From Glycera tridactyla (Eukaryota), in the NCBI GenBank assembly GCA_965644265.1, contig OZ286469.1, positions 74,462,001 through 74,526,000 of the forward strand: a stretch of DNA of 64,000 bases, given 5' to 3'. The notes below the pieces were generated by a model that saw only the letters and a program-made list of their open reading frames with translations, searched no databases and was not told where the DNA came from. Below, in pieces: positions 13,173 to 24,785 of this stretch; the stretch's first letter is position 1; every line of letters starts with the position of its first letter. The translations under genes were made by a program, and so were the position numbers.

Positions 13173-13917
13173 GTATCTTAATTTTTTGGTTGTTCATATA
13201 CTTTCTTCATTATATCGCAATGTCTTGCTAATTCACTTATGTTGAAGAGCACCAAATAAAAGTATGCCTTTATTGCACCAAGTAGAAATTGATGTTATTA
13301 TAAGTATTTACTTTGTTCATGCTGTTATAAGAGTCAGATATGCCTGATATGAAGTTACTTCCTGAATGCACATGGACTTAATATCTCCCAATTTTTTTGC
13401 ATCCTAGAAAATAGTATGCATCTTAGTTAACACTCTTCAATTGTCCTCAGTGATTTCTTCCAATCCATTCAACTGAGATATTGGCTATCTATATTTCTGA
13501 ACAACCCCATCTCATTTATTCTATGAAATTTACGCCGTACGTAAGGTGAAAATTTCATAAATTTTTACCTCCGTTCAGGACCCAGAAGGATGAGTCTTGG
13601 AAGATCCCACCCATGCCCATTGCATGGGCGTCACAATATAGCCCAAATGGTGCTGACGATGTTAACCAGAACCAACCAACCCCCAAAACAGTGGATTGTC
13701 AACTGTTAATATTCAAGCTCACTACCTTAACTGGTGAGATATCAATGTTTGGACAGTGACCTGCTAAATATGATCACTTTTGAAATATCTGGCTGACACT
13801 CACCTTACACCACCTGATTTGAATTCATGGTCTATGAATGCATCTAAAAGTCAATTGAATAGATTGGTTCGATGATTGTCAGGGATTTCAGGCACAACTT
13901 CTCAATTTTCCTTACAG

Positions 13918-13965
13918 GTAAAAAGGGAATACAAGAAACTAGGATGAAGACTGGCCTTTTCTCTG
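13918..13965 (+). CDS. Array exon A13, 48 nt: (G)KKGIQETRMKTGLFS
   Basis: ttccttacag|GTAAAA...TTCTCTG|gtattt; shares TGLFS with the GLFSCY family. Confidence 0.8.
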
Positions 13966-14420
13966 GTATTTCTTTTGTTTTCTGATCACCTTAGGTAGAA
14001 AAAAGTATCATCAAGACAAACAATGGAAAAATTAAGTTGCTTTCAACTTATGATCTCTTCATTCTATAAGAGGAGATAGAGATAATTCTGTCACATCACT
14101 TATATGGGATCTGCCAGTCTGCTATTAACTCAACAAAAGTGGGAAGAGATAGATAGGTCAGCTATGATTTGTAAATTAATATCGAATGAATAAGTTACAT
14201 GTGGAAATAGTTTGAAGTGGCTTAGGTGCTGGCATATTATTTGATAACTTGATACTCCCATATAGACAACCAACAATAGCATGGGTAGGATATTTCAAAG
14301 CATTGCAGTTCACAGTAATATCTTTGATTGATTTATACCTAAATTGACAACAATAATTATGTGTAGTCATGTATGATGGAATCACCAGTTGACCCTTGAT
14401 TTGAACACCTACCATTGCAG

Positions 14421-14471
14421 GATCTCAGACAGATTTGAGGAATAGGACATCTTCCACTGGATCAAGCTATG
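14421..14471 (+). CDS. Array exon A14, 51 nt: (G)SQTDLRNRTSSTGSSY
   Basis: ccattgcag|GATCTC...AGCTATG|gtactt. Confidence 0.83.
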
Positions 14472-16729
14472 GTACTTGTCTTTGTTCTCTAAAATGATTC
14501 ATAGAGTTGCAAGTAGCTGAAAACTTTGCTTCGTGGCACATGCATCCACAATTTTGTGAGACTAGGATGTATAAGATGTAGGTAGCATATTATACTGAAA
14601 TTTGTTTCTCTGCAAACTCGATTACTGAAAAACACCGGTCCTCGAAAAGATAATCCTTTTTCATCTCCCCTACCTCCCCCCCCCCCCTTCCCAATCAAAA
14701 TCTTCGATTTGAACAATAGGATAGAAGCAATGTCCAAGAACAAAGGCCTTTCTCAATATTGAATATTGGTGCTATCATTCAGTGACATATTCACCCTGTT
14801 CAATAAATTCATCCTAGTATGTGAGGCATGATTAGCTGAAAATCATCAAATTGGAATGATCTTCCTAATCCTTATCAGGCTGTCAACATACAGAAACAAA
14901 TTCCACTCGCCTGACCAATGGTAATATCTTCAAATTTATCATATAATCTACATTACCACTTAGATAGGCGCTTGGATTAATTTTGAAAAGTGCTGTGTGG
15001 CAGCATCTTATTAATTTGACAATTCATATTTTTTCATGTAGAAAAGTTCACACCATAAGTAAGATTTCCAGAAAATATCTGACTGATCTGCTAGTGTTGA
15101 TTCAGATGGCGGCATGATAGAATGGTACATAATTGCCACCTATCAGAACACTTATCACTATTGCCAGGTTGAATACTTGCAACCAACGATAATTCAAACG
15201 ACTCGGAGCCAAGAGCTTGAATATATTTGAAAAATCACTAAAACAATGAAAAATATGCGACATCCTCCACCCATCTTCGCAACCAGCGATAAATAGGTTA
15301 CTGGAAGGGACTTACAACGAGGTACCGTGGAGCTCTCACGCAGTGTCAAAATACATGGCAAAGCCTGCCACGGCCAGACATTGAGTATGGATAGAAATCC
15401 TATGCAGTCAGTATGCAAACTCGTAATACATATGCAGAACTTTTGAATACAGGGTTTATGACAAATTTCTCTCACAACACGAACTCCCTTTCGGAGGTTA
15501 GCGAGAGCCAGTTCCATGCTGACTGATGCTTATCCTTGCATACTTGGGCAGGTAATGACACAAGTAACTTGCCAATATCTTCTATGCAATTCATCCTGCT
15601 TTTAAAGTCAGCATCCTTTATGCGTCATGCACACCACTTCTCTTGTCTGAGCAGCTGAGCAATTTTGAATTCAGGAAAATGCAGCAAGCTGCAGCACTGA
15701 AAGACGCCATGTTTGCGCTCCAGCCTAGATTTCAGACCAATCTGAATGCAGCATGTTTAATAGGATGTGGTCATTTCATACATCCCAGATAGTGGGCATG
15801 TTCGATAGCATGTTTTACATGTATGTGACAAGTTTGGAACGTGAATACCGAATACTCAACTCACAACAACTTTTTCCAGCTATAGTGTCCTGATTATCAC
15901 AGGCTTTACTCGAGATATTCCCCAGGAGGCTGCTCTCCCATGTGTTCCCAGTGACAGGGTGACACCTTCAAATGAATTGAATCGAAATAAACTTTATCCA
16001 CAGAAGCATGGTCATTGACATGTTAATGCTTTGGTGGACAAGTGAAAAAGAAGAAATCTCAATATACAAATGAACATCAAAATTCTGAAATGAGAGATAA
16101 CACAGATGAAAATGACAAGCCAGATATATTACAGGACCCATGAGGCAAGACAGGTTAATACAGATTCATAATAATGGTACTAGTTGGGAAGGAATTATCG
16201 ACGTACTCAAGACATTTTGAAGAAAAATGATGGATCATAATAATGGATGACCGATCCACTCGAATCCAATCAATACTACATGGATTACTTCTTGCTGGAA
16301 ATACTTCATGTATCATTTATTCTAAGTATGTTTTCATGCAATTCTTAAATCTGCTTAGGCTGATATCTGTTCGAAGCTGGGGATCAGTGGAATTCCGCAG
16401 CATCGTTTTGTTTCAGAACTAGAATATTATTACATGACATTTTGTGCACACCATATTTCATCATAATTATTGGAAAATATAGACCATGATTTAGGTGGCA
16501 CGACCTTTCTAATTTTAGATCCGGGTTGAGGTCAATAGGGGATCAAACTTTAGGATCTTCCACCACTGAACATCAAAATATGATTTGAAGAGGGATAGAG
16601 ATTCATATTTCAAGTGTCATCTGACTATCTGTTTGACCTGTGTGACCCATGAAAATAGGTATACAACTCCATAAAATAGTCATTTACCAGACAGAACTAA
16701 TGACACCACTGATTTGCCACTGATTGTAG

Positions 16730-16780
16730 GCTGGAAACGGGAGACACGGACAGAAACAGACTCTTTTCGACGTTCTCAGG
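16730..16780 (+). CDS. Array exon A15, 51 nt: (G)WKRETRTETDSFRRSQ
   Basis: gattgtag|GCTGGA...CTCAGG|gtattg. Confidence 0.72.
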
Positions 16781-17402
16781 GTATTGATGCTTATCTTTTG
16801 CTTAGTTATCTCTGGTAGGATTTGACGATGACAAATCGTGATATGTGATAGGTTAGGAGTTGATCACCATAATGTCAGTTTGTTAGTCCCACCAGTCCAT
16901 CATCTTTGGAATCATCAAGGTATTCTCGAATGCTTGAATGAAATATACACTGAGATTGATGTTTGTTGAAGACGGTCTTGCATCCCATCTGGATCAATTA
17001 CATTGAGTTCAGTCACATTTCCCATTAGTGTATGTACTTGAAATTATTTATAGCCAGGAAAGTTTTAAAGTGGCCTTCAGTCCATATATAATTTTGGTTA
17101 TTTCATCAGGAACTTGTCAAGTTTTCTGTCTGGTATGATCATTTTTCTTGGCTATTGTGTTGGCATCTTATTTCTGTCTATGTGCTGCTGAGTACAATGG
17201 AATTGAGACGATAAGAATCATAACTTGATATAATGGCTTCTCTTGAAAAAATGGTGTAGTGGATGATGCCCCATCTTTCCCAGTGAGAGATGTTTGACGA
17301 GAGCCATGCATGTCAGAATGGTGACAGAATTTCAATAAATAGGTGGCGATAATTTCCATGAGGAATAGTCAATAAACTCAATTTAACTATGTATGCTTGC
17401 AG

Positions 17403-17468
17403 AATCATTGTATGGGAGCAAAGGGTCACTTTATGGCAGCAGGTCATCCCTCGGAGAAACATATGGTG
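17403..17468 (+). CDS. Array exon A16, 63/66 nt: (E)SLYGSKGSLYGSRSSLGETY[G]
   Basis: gcttgcag|AATCAT...CATATG|gtg|gtattg; tandem donors at 17465 and 17468. Confidence 0.8.
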
Positions 17469-17856
17469 GTATTGTCAGTTTTGCCTCAATTTTGACTCAA
17501 CTTTTGCAGCTGTCCATCTGGAATAAATAATTACTCATTCATACGAGGAAATTCTCAATTTACACAGAAACATTTTTTATCGTTTTTATCACCTACTGGT
17601 TTCTGAATAGCCCCCCCCCCCAATACATCTTGTGCCCTTCACTGATCATTTGTAAACTTAGGGATGCAGTTGTTCGGAGTTCCTGAATGGCACCTGTCAG
17701 GAAGACAATGGGTGTTATATATTGCTCTTATATATCAAGAGGTTACAGATTTAATCTGTGATGGAGCATCCTATCCATTTATTGGAAATTTTGAGCTCCT
17801 ATTTCTCTGAATTTCAAAGAGGATGATACTGAGAGCTAGTGGTTTGTCATTTGCAG

Positions 17857-17907
17857 GTAGTGAGAAAGAGTGGAGTTCATTCAAGGCAGAAATTATACGA
17901 AAACACG
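17857..17907 (+). CDS. Array exon A17, 51 nt: (G)SEKEWSSFKAEIIRKH
   Basis: catttgcag|GTAGTG...AACACG|gtatta; GSEK.W start like A9. Confidence 0.8.
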
Positions 17908-18165
17908 GTATTACATTTGACTTTTTGACTTCGACATTGAACACCTACAGACTCACTACAAGAAGACTATTCACATGTGCAACACACTCTTCAGAGACTT
18001 TCCACGAAAAACATTTGAAATTTTCATGGGAATGGTAAAATGTGTCATACTTTTTACAGGGCACAGAATGAAGACAATCTGACTTAAATATATGAAAATG
18101 GCTTTCACATCAATTGGCACTGTTATTGATTATATAAGGGGTTGAAATGAGTCCTTTCATTGCAG

Positions 18166-18210
18166 GCCCTCCTAAACAAGATACGAAGACATATTCTGGA
18201 CATATATATG
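18166..18210 (+). CDS. Array exon A18, 45 nt: (G)PPKQDTKTYSGHIY
   Basis: tttcattgcag|GCCCTC...ATATATG|gtactc. Confidence 0.82.
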
Positions 18211-18908
18211 GTACTCATTTCTTTCTATCACGAGTTGCACAGAAGGATTTAGATTTTTCAAGATGTCACTCTGAGAGCCATGGTGTTTTAAGTTGTAATG
18301 TAGCTTACCCCAACATTAGATCATTACATTGTCAGGCTTCGAATGCAGCCGCTCTCCCGAATCCTGAGGAGAGTGAATTGGGTAGAGTGGAAAGACCAGA
18401 CTGACTCTCTCGAAGGGAGAGTGTTTTATCTCCTATGATCAGAAAGTGATAGATTTATTGTGAAGACAGAAGACCACCATTTCGATCCCACCAACTGAAA
18501 GACCCCATTCCATATGAGATAACTTTGTACATACTCATCAGCAAAATATGGATTGTTGGTACTCAGGTAATCACTCACAAGAGAGATGAGTCGAAATTCA
18601 CGTCTCGATAAGACGTTTACTCGCACAAATGTCTTGCTCTCATAATAACAAAGTTCACACTTGTTTTCCTTTCTGAACATGTTCAAGAGAGGTTCAGGAG
18701 TGTGAAATCATTTTCGGGAGAGTGATTCTTATAGTCAGCTCTCATGATTGGGGAGTGTCTGAAAAGGTGCATTGTTGAACATCAGGATAAAACTATGGAG
18801 GATGCAGTCAATACTCATACATGGAATGAATTATCTTCCTGCAATAAATCCTTCGCATAATTTCCAGCTTCCAATTCATTTCATGAATAGATGTAATTTT
18901 GTTTACAG

Positions 18909-18962
18909 GGACTCAAAGGGGCAGGACTTCACCAACTGGAACTGGACTTTTTTCATGTTATG
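18909..18962 (+). CDS. Array exon A19, 54 nt: (G)TQRGRTSPTGTGLFSCY
   Basis: gtttacag|GGACTC...TGTTATG|gtatag; close paralog of A11. Confidence 0.88.
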
Positions 18963-19459
18963 GTATAGGGATTTTCATTAATTGAAAATATGCTTTACAT
19001 GACTCTAATCATTTGTTTGGCCATGATATTCAAAGCACAATAAAGAGGTGAACTAGGTTTTGAGCCTTTCAGTGATATTGACTGATGAATGATGGGTGAT
19101 GAATGATGGGTCAATGACTTCTAAACGTGATCAAAAATATGGATTTTCTCCATTTAACCTCTTATAGCTACTGTTTATAACCCACATTTCTGCTATTGTG
19201 AGGTATGCAATCAGTTGATGGTGGATTGCGTCCCTTCCATCAATAAGTGATCATGGGCCGGATGTAGAGATAGCTATCCGCTTCAATCATCTCAAAATCA
19301 ACCATGAGTTGAATATGTACGAAAAATGACCAAGCCATAAATGTCGAACTTTTCAAGTTCACACCATATCCAGCTATATTAAGTAGGTGATATTGAGGAT
19401 TTTGATATTTCAATGAAGTGAGTCATCTAACACCTGGAATTTGCTCATGATTATTGCAG

Positions 19460-19498
19460 GGACTCAGAAGCAGATGACCTCAACAACAAAATCATATG
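19460..19498 (+). CDS. Array exon A20, 39 nt: (G)TQKQMTSTTKSY
   Basis: ttattgcag|GGACTC...TCATATG|gtatga. Confidence 0.83.
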
Positions 19499-20021
19499 GT
19501 ATGAGAGATTTAGATAATCTATATTGTGTTTTGGATTGTTTGAATTCAATTCACACTTCTTTCACAGTGGATACAAATCTTTTGAGGATAAGGTCACAGC
19601 CCAAAGTAATTATCAGGGCTTCATAGGATATAAAAACATAACACTCAGTCGCATGAAACCAAAATTAGTTTCATTTACATCGAATTTGAGAGAAAAAGCT
19701 GCAGGCTGTTCAGTTGCAGCTAACAATCGCTAACATTAGGTAACGGAAATCGGGTCTCCATCCTTTTTTTGACCCACTGATGATAGAGAATATTTGGTAG
19801 GGGATTTGGCGAACGTTTTCTTTGTTAGCTCAACTGAACAGCCTGCTGGTATGCAATTCATGAAAATAGATACCTAAGGCTCAACCTGTGAAGGATGGTC
19901 AATATAGCATGCAATGACGTTCACAATTTAGGCCTGATATAAAGTTAGCACTCTACTGATATTGAATCATTTATTTACATAAAATCACAGTGAACAATTT
20001 TAGTTGAACTATACTTTGTAG

Positions 20022-20141
20022 GTTCCACACAAAGGAGAGAAGAGAAAATATCTCACAATGGGCAATCTCAACTTGAACAACTGTCTCGGGTGAATCAACA
20101 GTCCTACATTGTACAGCCATCTAATACCTGGCAGACTCATG
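20022..20141 (+). CDS. Array exon A21, 120 nt: (G)STQRREEKISHNGQSQLEQLSRVNQQSYIVQPSNTWQTH
   Basis: actttgtag|GTTCCA...ACTCATG|gtacta; open through 40 codons. Confidence 0.78.
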
Positions 20142-20298
20142 GTACTAACTGGTATTTTGTTGACTATATATGTGTTGAAGACTCATATAATTAAGATGCA
20201 CTTGAATGGCTTGAAGGATAGAAAACATGTTGCATTTCAATGCAATTTTTCATTTGTGCATGCATGATTTGACATTAACATCATCACACACACGTGCG

Positions 20299-20304
<6 letters not shown>

Positions 20305-20351
<47 letters not shown>
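20305..20351. repeat. (CA)n microsatellite
   Basis: Direct. Confidence 0.95.
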
Positions 20352-20354
<3 letters not shown>

Positions 20355-20748
20355 TACACATCTCAATATCTAGCACTTCTCGGATAAATTGTTTATTTTG
20401 TTGAAAGTCTAAAGTGAATCTTTGGGACTTGATGTTCCTAATGAGATACCCAATATTGAAGTTCAGTGTTGGGAGAAATCTTCCATTTTTTCTGCACATT
20501 AATCGTTCATTTATTCTGTTCTGACCTCCATAGGTTTTGCCCGCTATTAGATGTATTTGCCAGATGATTGGGGTCCAAAAAATGTTCGTGTCAGTGCAAT
20601 GCAGAAAGCCATTTTGGGTCTGTAAATAGTTCTTCCTATAGGAGCTCTACATGGCAAAGACTGGGGAACTCAATTGATAGAGTGAACAACCGTTGGGGTG
20701 GTGTTGGCATATATTTATGGATACCAACACATGATTGCATCATTGTAG

Positions 20749-20871
20749 GTTTAATGGGAAGAAAAGAAGTGAATGTCACACACGGTGAACAATCGCAGAT
20801 GACTCAACAGTCTCGATCTAATCCAACCTCTCACACCATTGGACACTCTCATGGAACTGAACATATTTATG
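20749..20871 (+). CDS. Array exon A22, 123 nt: (G)LMGRKEVNVTHGEQSQMTQQSRSNPTSHTIGHSHGTEHIY
   Basis: cattgtag|GTTTAA...ATTTATG|gtacat; KEV...SQxTQQS shared with A23. Confidence 0.82.
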
Positions 20872-22009
20872 GTACATACTTTGAATATACAAGCAATATT
20901 GCTTTCATGTATTTTTGTATGCAGGCACATGCACACATACATGCACATCCATTCTATGATACCTCCTATGAGTGATGCTCCATTGTGCGACCACCTCTCT
21001 CTCAAATGACTGGTGTTTCGCTTCCAAAACGTTTTTCATATATATTTCACCTCTATATCTCTCAAGCAACCTCCCTTCAACAGTCGAAAAACATTCATGG
21101 TGATTTTGTTGTTATCTATTTCACCCTACTTTTTCGCATTTTGCCAATGATCGCAGATTATCTCACCGTAAATTGCCGAATGTACAGGCAAGTGCTGCGC
21201 GCATCTATTTGGAACTGAATCTAACGGAAAACTGGACGCAAATTCTCCATGAATGTGATGGAAACACTCACCAAATTGATAAATGATGATGTTCAGTGGC
21301 CATCGCTGGTATCCTTGATGAGTGTAAGGGAGGTGTCTGTTTGGGTATGGGCATATATACAACAATATACGTTATATGAATGAGGCAACAGTGCTGTTTT
21401 GTAGGTGTTATGTTTCGGGTCATTTTATCACTATTATGCGAGGGAGGTGGATATTTCTCAGAAATGGGTGTCTGGTATGCTAGTATGGTATAAACATCGA
21501 TTTGGTGATTTTACTTTACAGTCAGGGCGGGCTCAAAAGAGGATTTACTGTATTACTCTTCTGTCATCAGATTAATGCTTGAATATTGCTCTCTATATCA
21601 AACTGGGCAGCAATACAGCCATTTTCTTTGGATGTACTGACAAGGTTTTCGATTTGAACCCCTGAAATTCATTTTTTGGCTATTGTTCAACAAGATGAGC
21701 CACCGATGCTGTCCATATTGTGATATCGTGAAAATACCCGAGAAAAACCCTATGAAAATGAGTATTTTTGTAGTGATCAGCAGATGATCATACCGATAGT
21801 TCATTAGTGTATTTTCTGTAGGTAGAGGTGCGTCTGAACGGTCAGCTTCTTACATCTGAAAACATGACATGCCATGGTCTTGTGTTCAGCATGTGTGAAA
21901 GTGATGATAGCAGGGGAGACTTTACCCAGCTTTCATAGTTCCAGGTGATAATTGCTATGGAACTCCAACCAACTGACCATCTATCACTCACATGGAATAT
22001 CCCTTGTAG

Positions 22010-22114
22010 GTTCGATAGATAAGAAAGAAGTGAGAACGGCACCGAGTCGAATGTCACAGCTGACTCAACAATCTCAGATGGACCGACAGTCATATGGTAC
22101 TGGGAAGAGATATG
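22010..22114 (+). CDS. Array exon A23, 87/105 nt: (G)SIDKKEVRTAPSRMSQLTQQSQMDRQSY[GTGKRY]
   Basis: cccttgtag|GTTCGA...; two in-frame donors, TATG|gtactg (22096) and TATG|gtactt (22114). Confidence 0.82.
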
Positions 22115-22907
22115 GTACTTACTGGTATTTTTGTTGATCAATTCTGCATCGGAATATCCAGGTCCACAATATTCTTGTGAGAGAATGATTAGTAGTGAAT
22201 CATTCCTTCTTAGCATCAGCATAACTTGAAGGTTGAAAACCGGGCAGTCCTTGACAATCTGAGGTTCAGTTGGTGACCTTTTATCAAATTGTCAACAATA
22301 TGCGGACATAGCCCAAAGCTCATTTTTACCTATTGATGATATCATCCCTATCACTCTTATTAGCTGACAATTACTTGACAATTTTACATATATGTGATTG
22401 GCTAATGCCCCTTCAATGCATACACGGTATTAAGGGATTGCTGTCAGATTCGGAAGAGCAGAACTTGGTCTAGGACATGCAGCTCAATAGCAGACTTGTT
22501 GGATGAAGCTTCTGTATCGCTGTCATGAGACATGACTCATGACCACTCAGGCAGTCCATGAAATATTCCCTAAATGCCTATTCTGATTAAGAAAACGGTA
22601 TGATAATATTCACACTCCAGGCAGTCAGCTTTTCCCCTCCAACATGTTTCTCATTCACAGAAGCTCCCCACCATCTTGAAATCAATCAGCCCCACATAGT
22701 CGATATTTGGCAGGCTGAGGATAGTGTCTTGCACTTTCCACCCCTTTAGGAGTGATGGAAATGATGTTGCATTGTTTGACGAAGATACAGTAGATCTGGA
22801 GCTATTCAGGCAGCAGTATTGCTTGTGTATGGATCTGAACTTCATATCAAACTCAATCATCAAATAAAGTGATAACATTTTGCAGATTAATCATAAATAT
22901 CTTGCAG

Positions 22908-23102
22908 GATTGACTCATAGGCAGGAAGAGGAGAAGACATCCCAGCAATCATATGCTGCTAGACAGACTTCTACAAGCTCGTCCAGTCGTACTGAACAGG
23001 TTCATTCTGCACAATCTCAGGCATCTGAAAAAAGTAGAGCTGCTGAACATTCTAATTCTACAAGACGTTCAGAAGCATCTGGTGCACTGCGTTCTTCACA
23101 TG
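22908..23102 (+). CDS. Array exon A24, 195 nt: (G)LTHRQEEEKTSQQSYAARQTSTSSSSRTEQVHSAQSQASEKSRAAEHSNSTRRSEASGALRSSH
   Basis: tcttgcag|GATTGA...TCACATG|gtactg; Ser/Ala/Arg-rich open frame also seen in ORF track 22880..23146. Confidence 0.82.
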
Positions 23103-23404
23103 GTACTGTTTCCCTATTGTATTGCATGCTAAACAGAAATATATGACTGCTGAATTGACCATCGATGTGACTATCATTGTGTTCATAATTAATCTCCACT
23201 TTGATGGCTTGGCTGTTTTCTTACTCGATTGAAGAACGTAAGTCATCAAGGTGAATTATATTGGTACATTACCCTGCTGGAGTAAGAGAAAAACGATTTG
23301 TTCTGACAACACAGTGGGAAAACCATTTCCAGCTGTACGATGAAATCTTGTCACAGTCAGGGGACTTCTGGAACATGTTCAATATGAACACATATTGCAT
23401 CCGG

Positions 23405-23405
<1 letters not shown>

Positions 23406-23456
<51 letters not shown>
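23406..23456. repeat. (TG)n microsatellite
   Basis: Direct. Confidence 0.95.
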
Positions 23457-23458
<2 letters not shown>

Positions 23459-23517
23459 GTGTGTGATTTTTGTACATCAGTAAAAATATTGCACACAGTG
23501 AATTCTCACTATTGCAG

Positions 23518-23571
23518 GAAGATTATGGACTCCCGAAAGAAGGCGAGCATTTCTTCGAAGATCATTTTATG
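23518..23571 (+). CDS. Array exon A25, 54 nt: (G)RLWTPERRRAFLRRSFY
   Basis: actattgcag|GAAGAT...TTTTATG|gtattg. Confidence 0.78.
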
Positions 23572-23916
23572 GTATTGTTTCACCATATCATTCCTAACAT
23601 TTACTCATTTGCTCTACAGTGATAAACAATCCTGCTTTATAGGGACATTTTGGTTCAACACAGTCATTCGTATTATCAGGGAATACAAGCTGTTACACCT
23701 CAAACAAACAAGCAAATATCATCAGGGACTCAATACAACTGCAATATATATTCACAGTTCAGGATAATATTCACAGTCAGTGGAGATGATTGACATCATA
23801 CTCCCATATATATTGACAATATTACAACCACATAATTTGTTTAGGCTTTTTCATTAAGTATCCCTGATAATCTTTGTGTCTGGACTGATAATATGTAAGA
23901 GATACTCATTTTTCAG

Positions 23917-23964
23917 GTGTTGTGGATCTTGAGCGATCAAAGTCTATGGGATATTTTCCATCTG
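23917..23964 (+). CDS. Array exon A26, 48 nt: (G)VVDLERSKSMGYFPS
   Basis: atttttcag|GTGTTG...CCATCTG|gtacta; SKS family. Confidence 0.83.
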
Positions 23965-24737
23965 GTACTATTTTTCTTTTCATGGTTGTAAACATGAACA
24001 AATTGTATTTGACCCTCACTACTGTACATGCTTCAATCAAATACATACATGTAATTGAGGTACACCTTTGCATAATCATGATTATAGTGTCTTTTCAACT
24101 CCTGAATAGACATTCAGGCATATGTACTTTCCCACACGAGCATGCATAAAATGGAATTGAAATTCAGAACATCACTCTGGTCTTTATACACTTCAACACC
24201 AGGGGATGCGACACATCCTCCTAAAATTCCAAGTTTAACTTCATATAAAATATATGCTGCCTTTTTCCGATATTTATATCTATAGACATCTCACAAGTAC
24301 TGAACTGTCTAATCCAAATGTGTTGGGTACGTTTCAGATGCTAACTTCGCCATTTTTGTTCAATTTTACTTTTAATAGCCTGAATGAAATGTGTAGATCT
24401 TCCGCGATCATTATGATCATTGAACGTGATTTCATTGCATTTTTACGACAAATCCGCCGGCATTAATATCTGGTCTATCCAATATGGAACGATGGAGATA
24501 CGGCCGCCACAGCTGCTGCAAAACCAATGTGAAATTGACATATTAAGCACTCTATGGTGAAGTATGCATGGTAACTTCCGTGAAAATGTCTGTCAGCGTG
24601 TTTCGTTCAAATCTGATGAAAATTCATGATTCTAGAAGGGAAAATGGTACCCGCCACTATTTGACTTGCCAGACTTTAATCAGTGAAAGTTTACTTCCAA
24701 TAGCATGGTTTTGAATACTAATCGATTTCTTTTCCAG

Positions 24738-24785
24738 ATGTTTCTCAAATGGAGAGATCGAAATCAATCGGCCATTTATCGTCTG
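24738..24785 (+). CDS. Array exon A27, 48 nt: (D)VSQMERSKSIGHLSS
   Basis: ttcttttccag|ATGTTT...CGTCTG|gtattg; paralog of A26. Confidence 0.85.

Noticed and set aside
15190-15900. Coding-like stretch in the gap between A14 and A15
   Set aside because: Frames are interrupted by stops and I could not assign a family; probably an old transposon relic.
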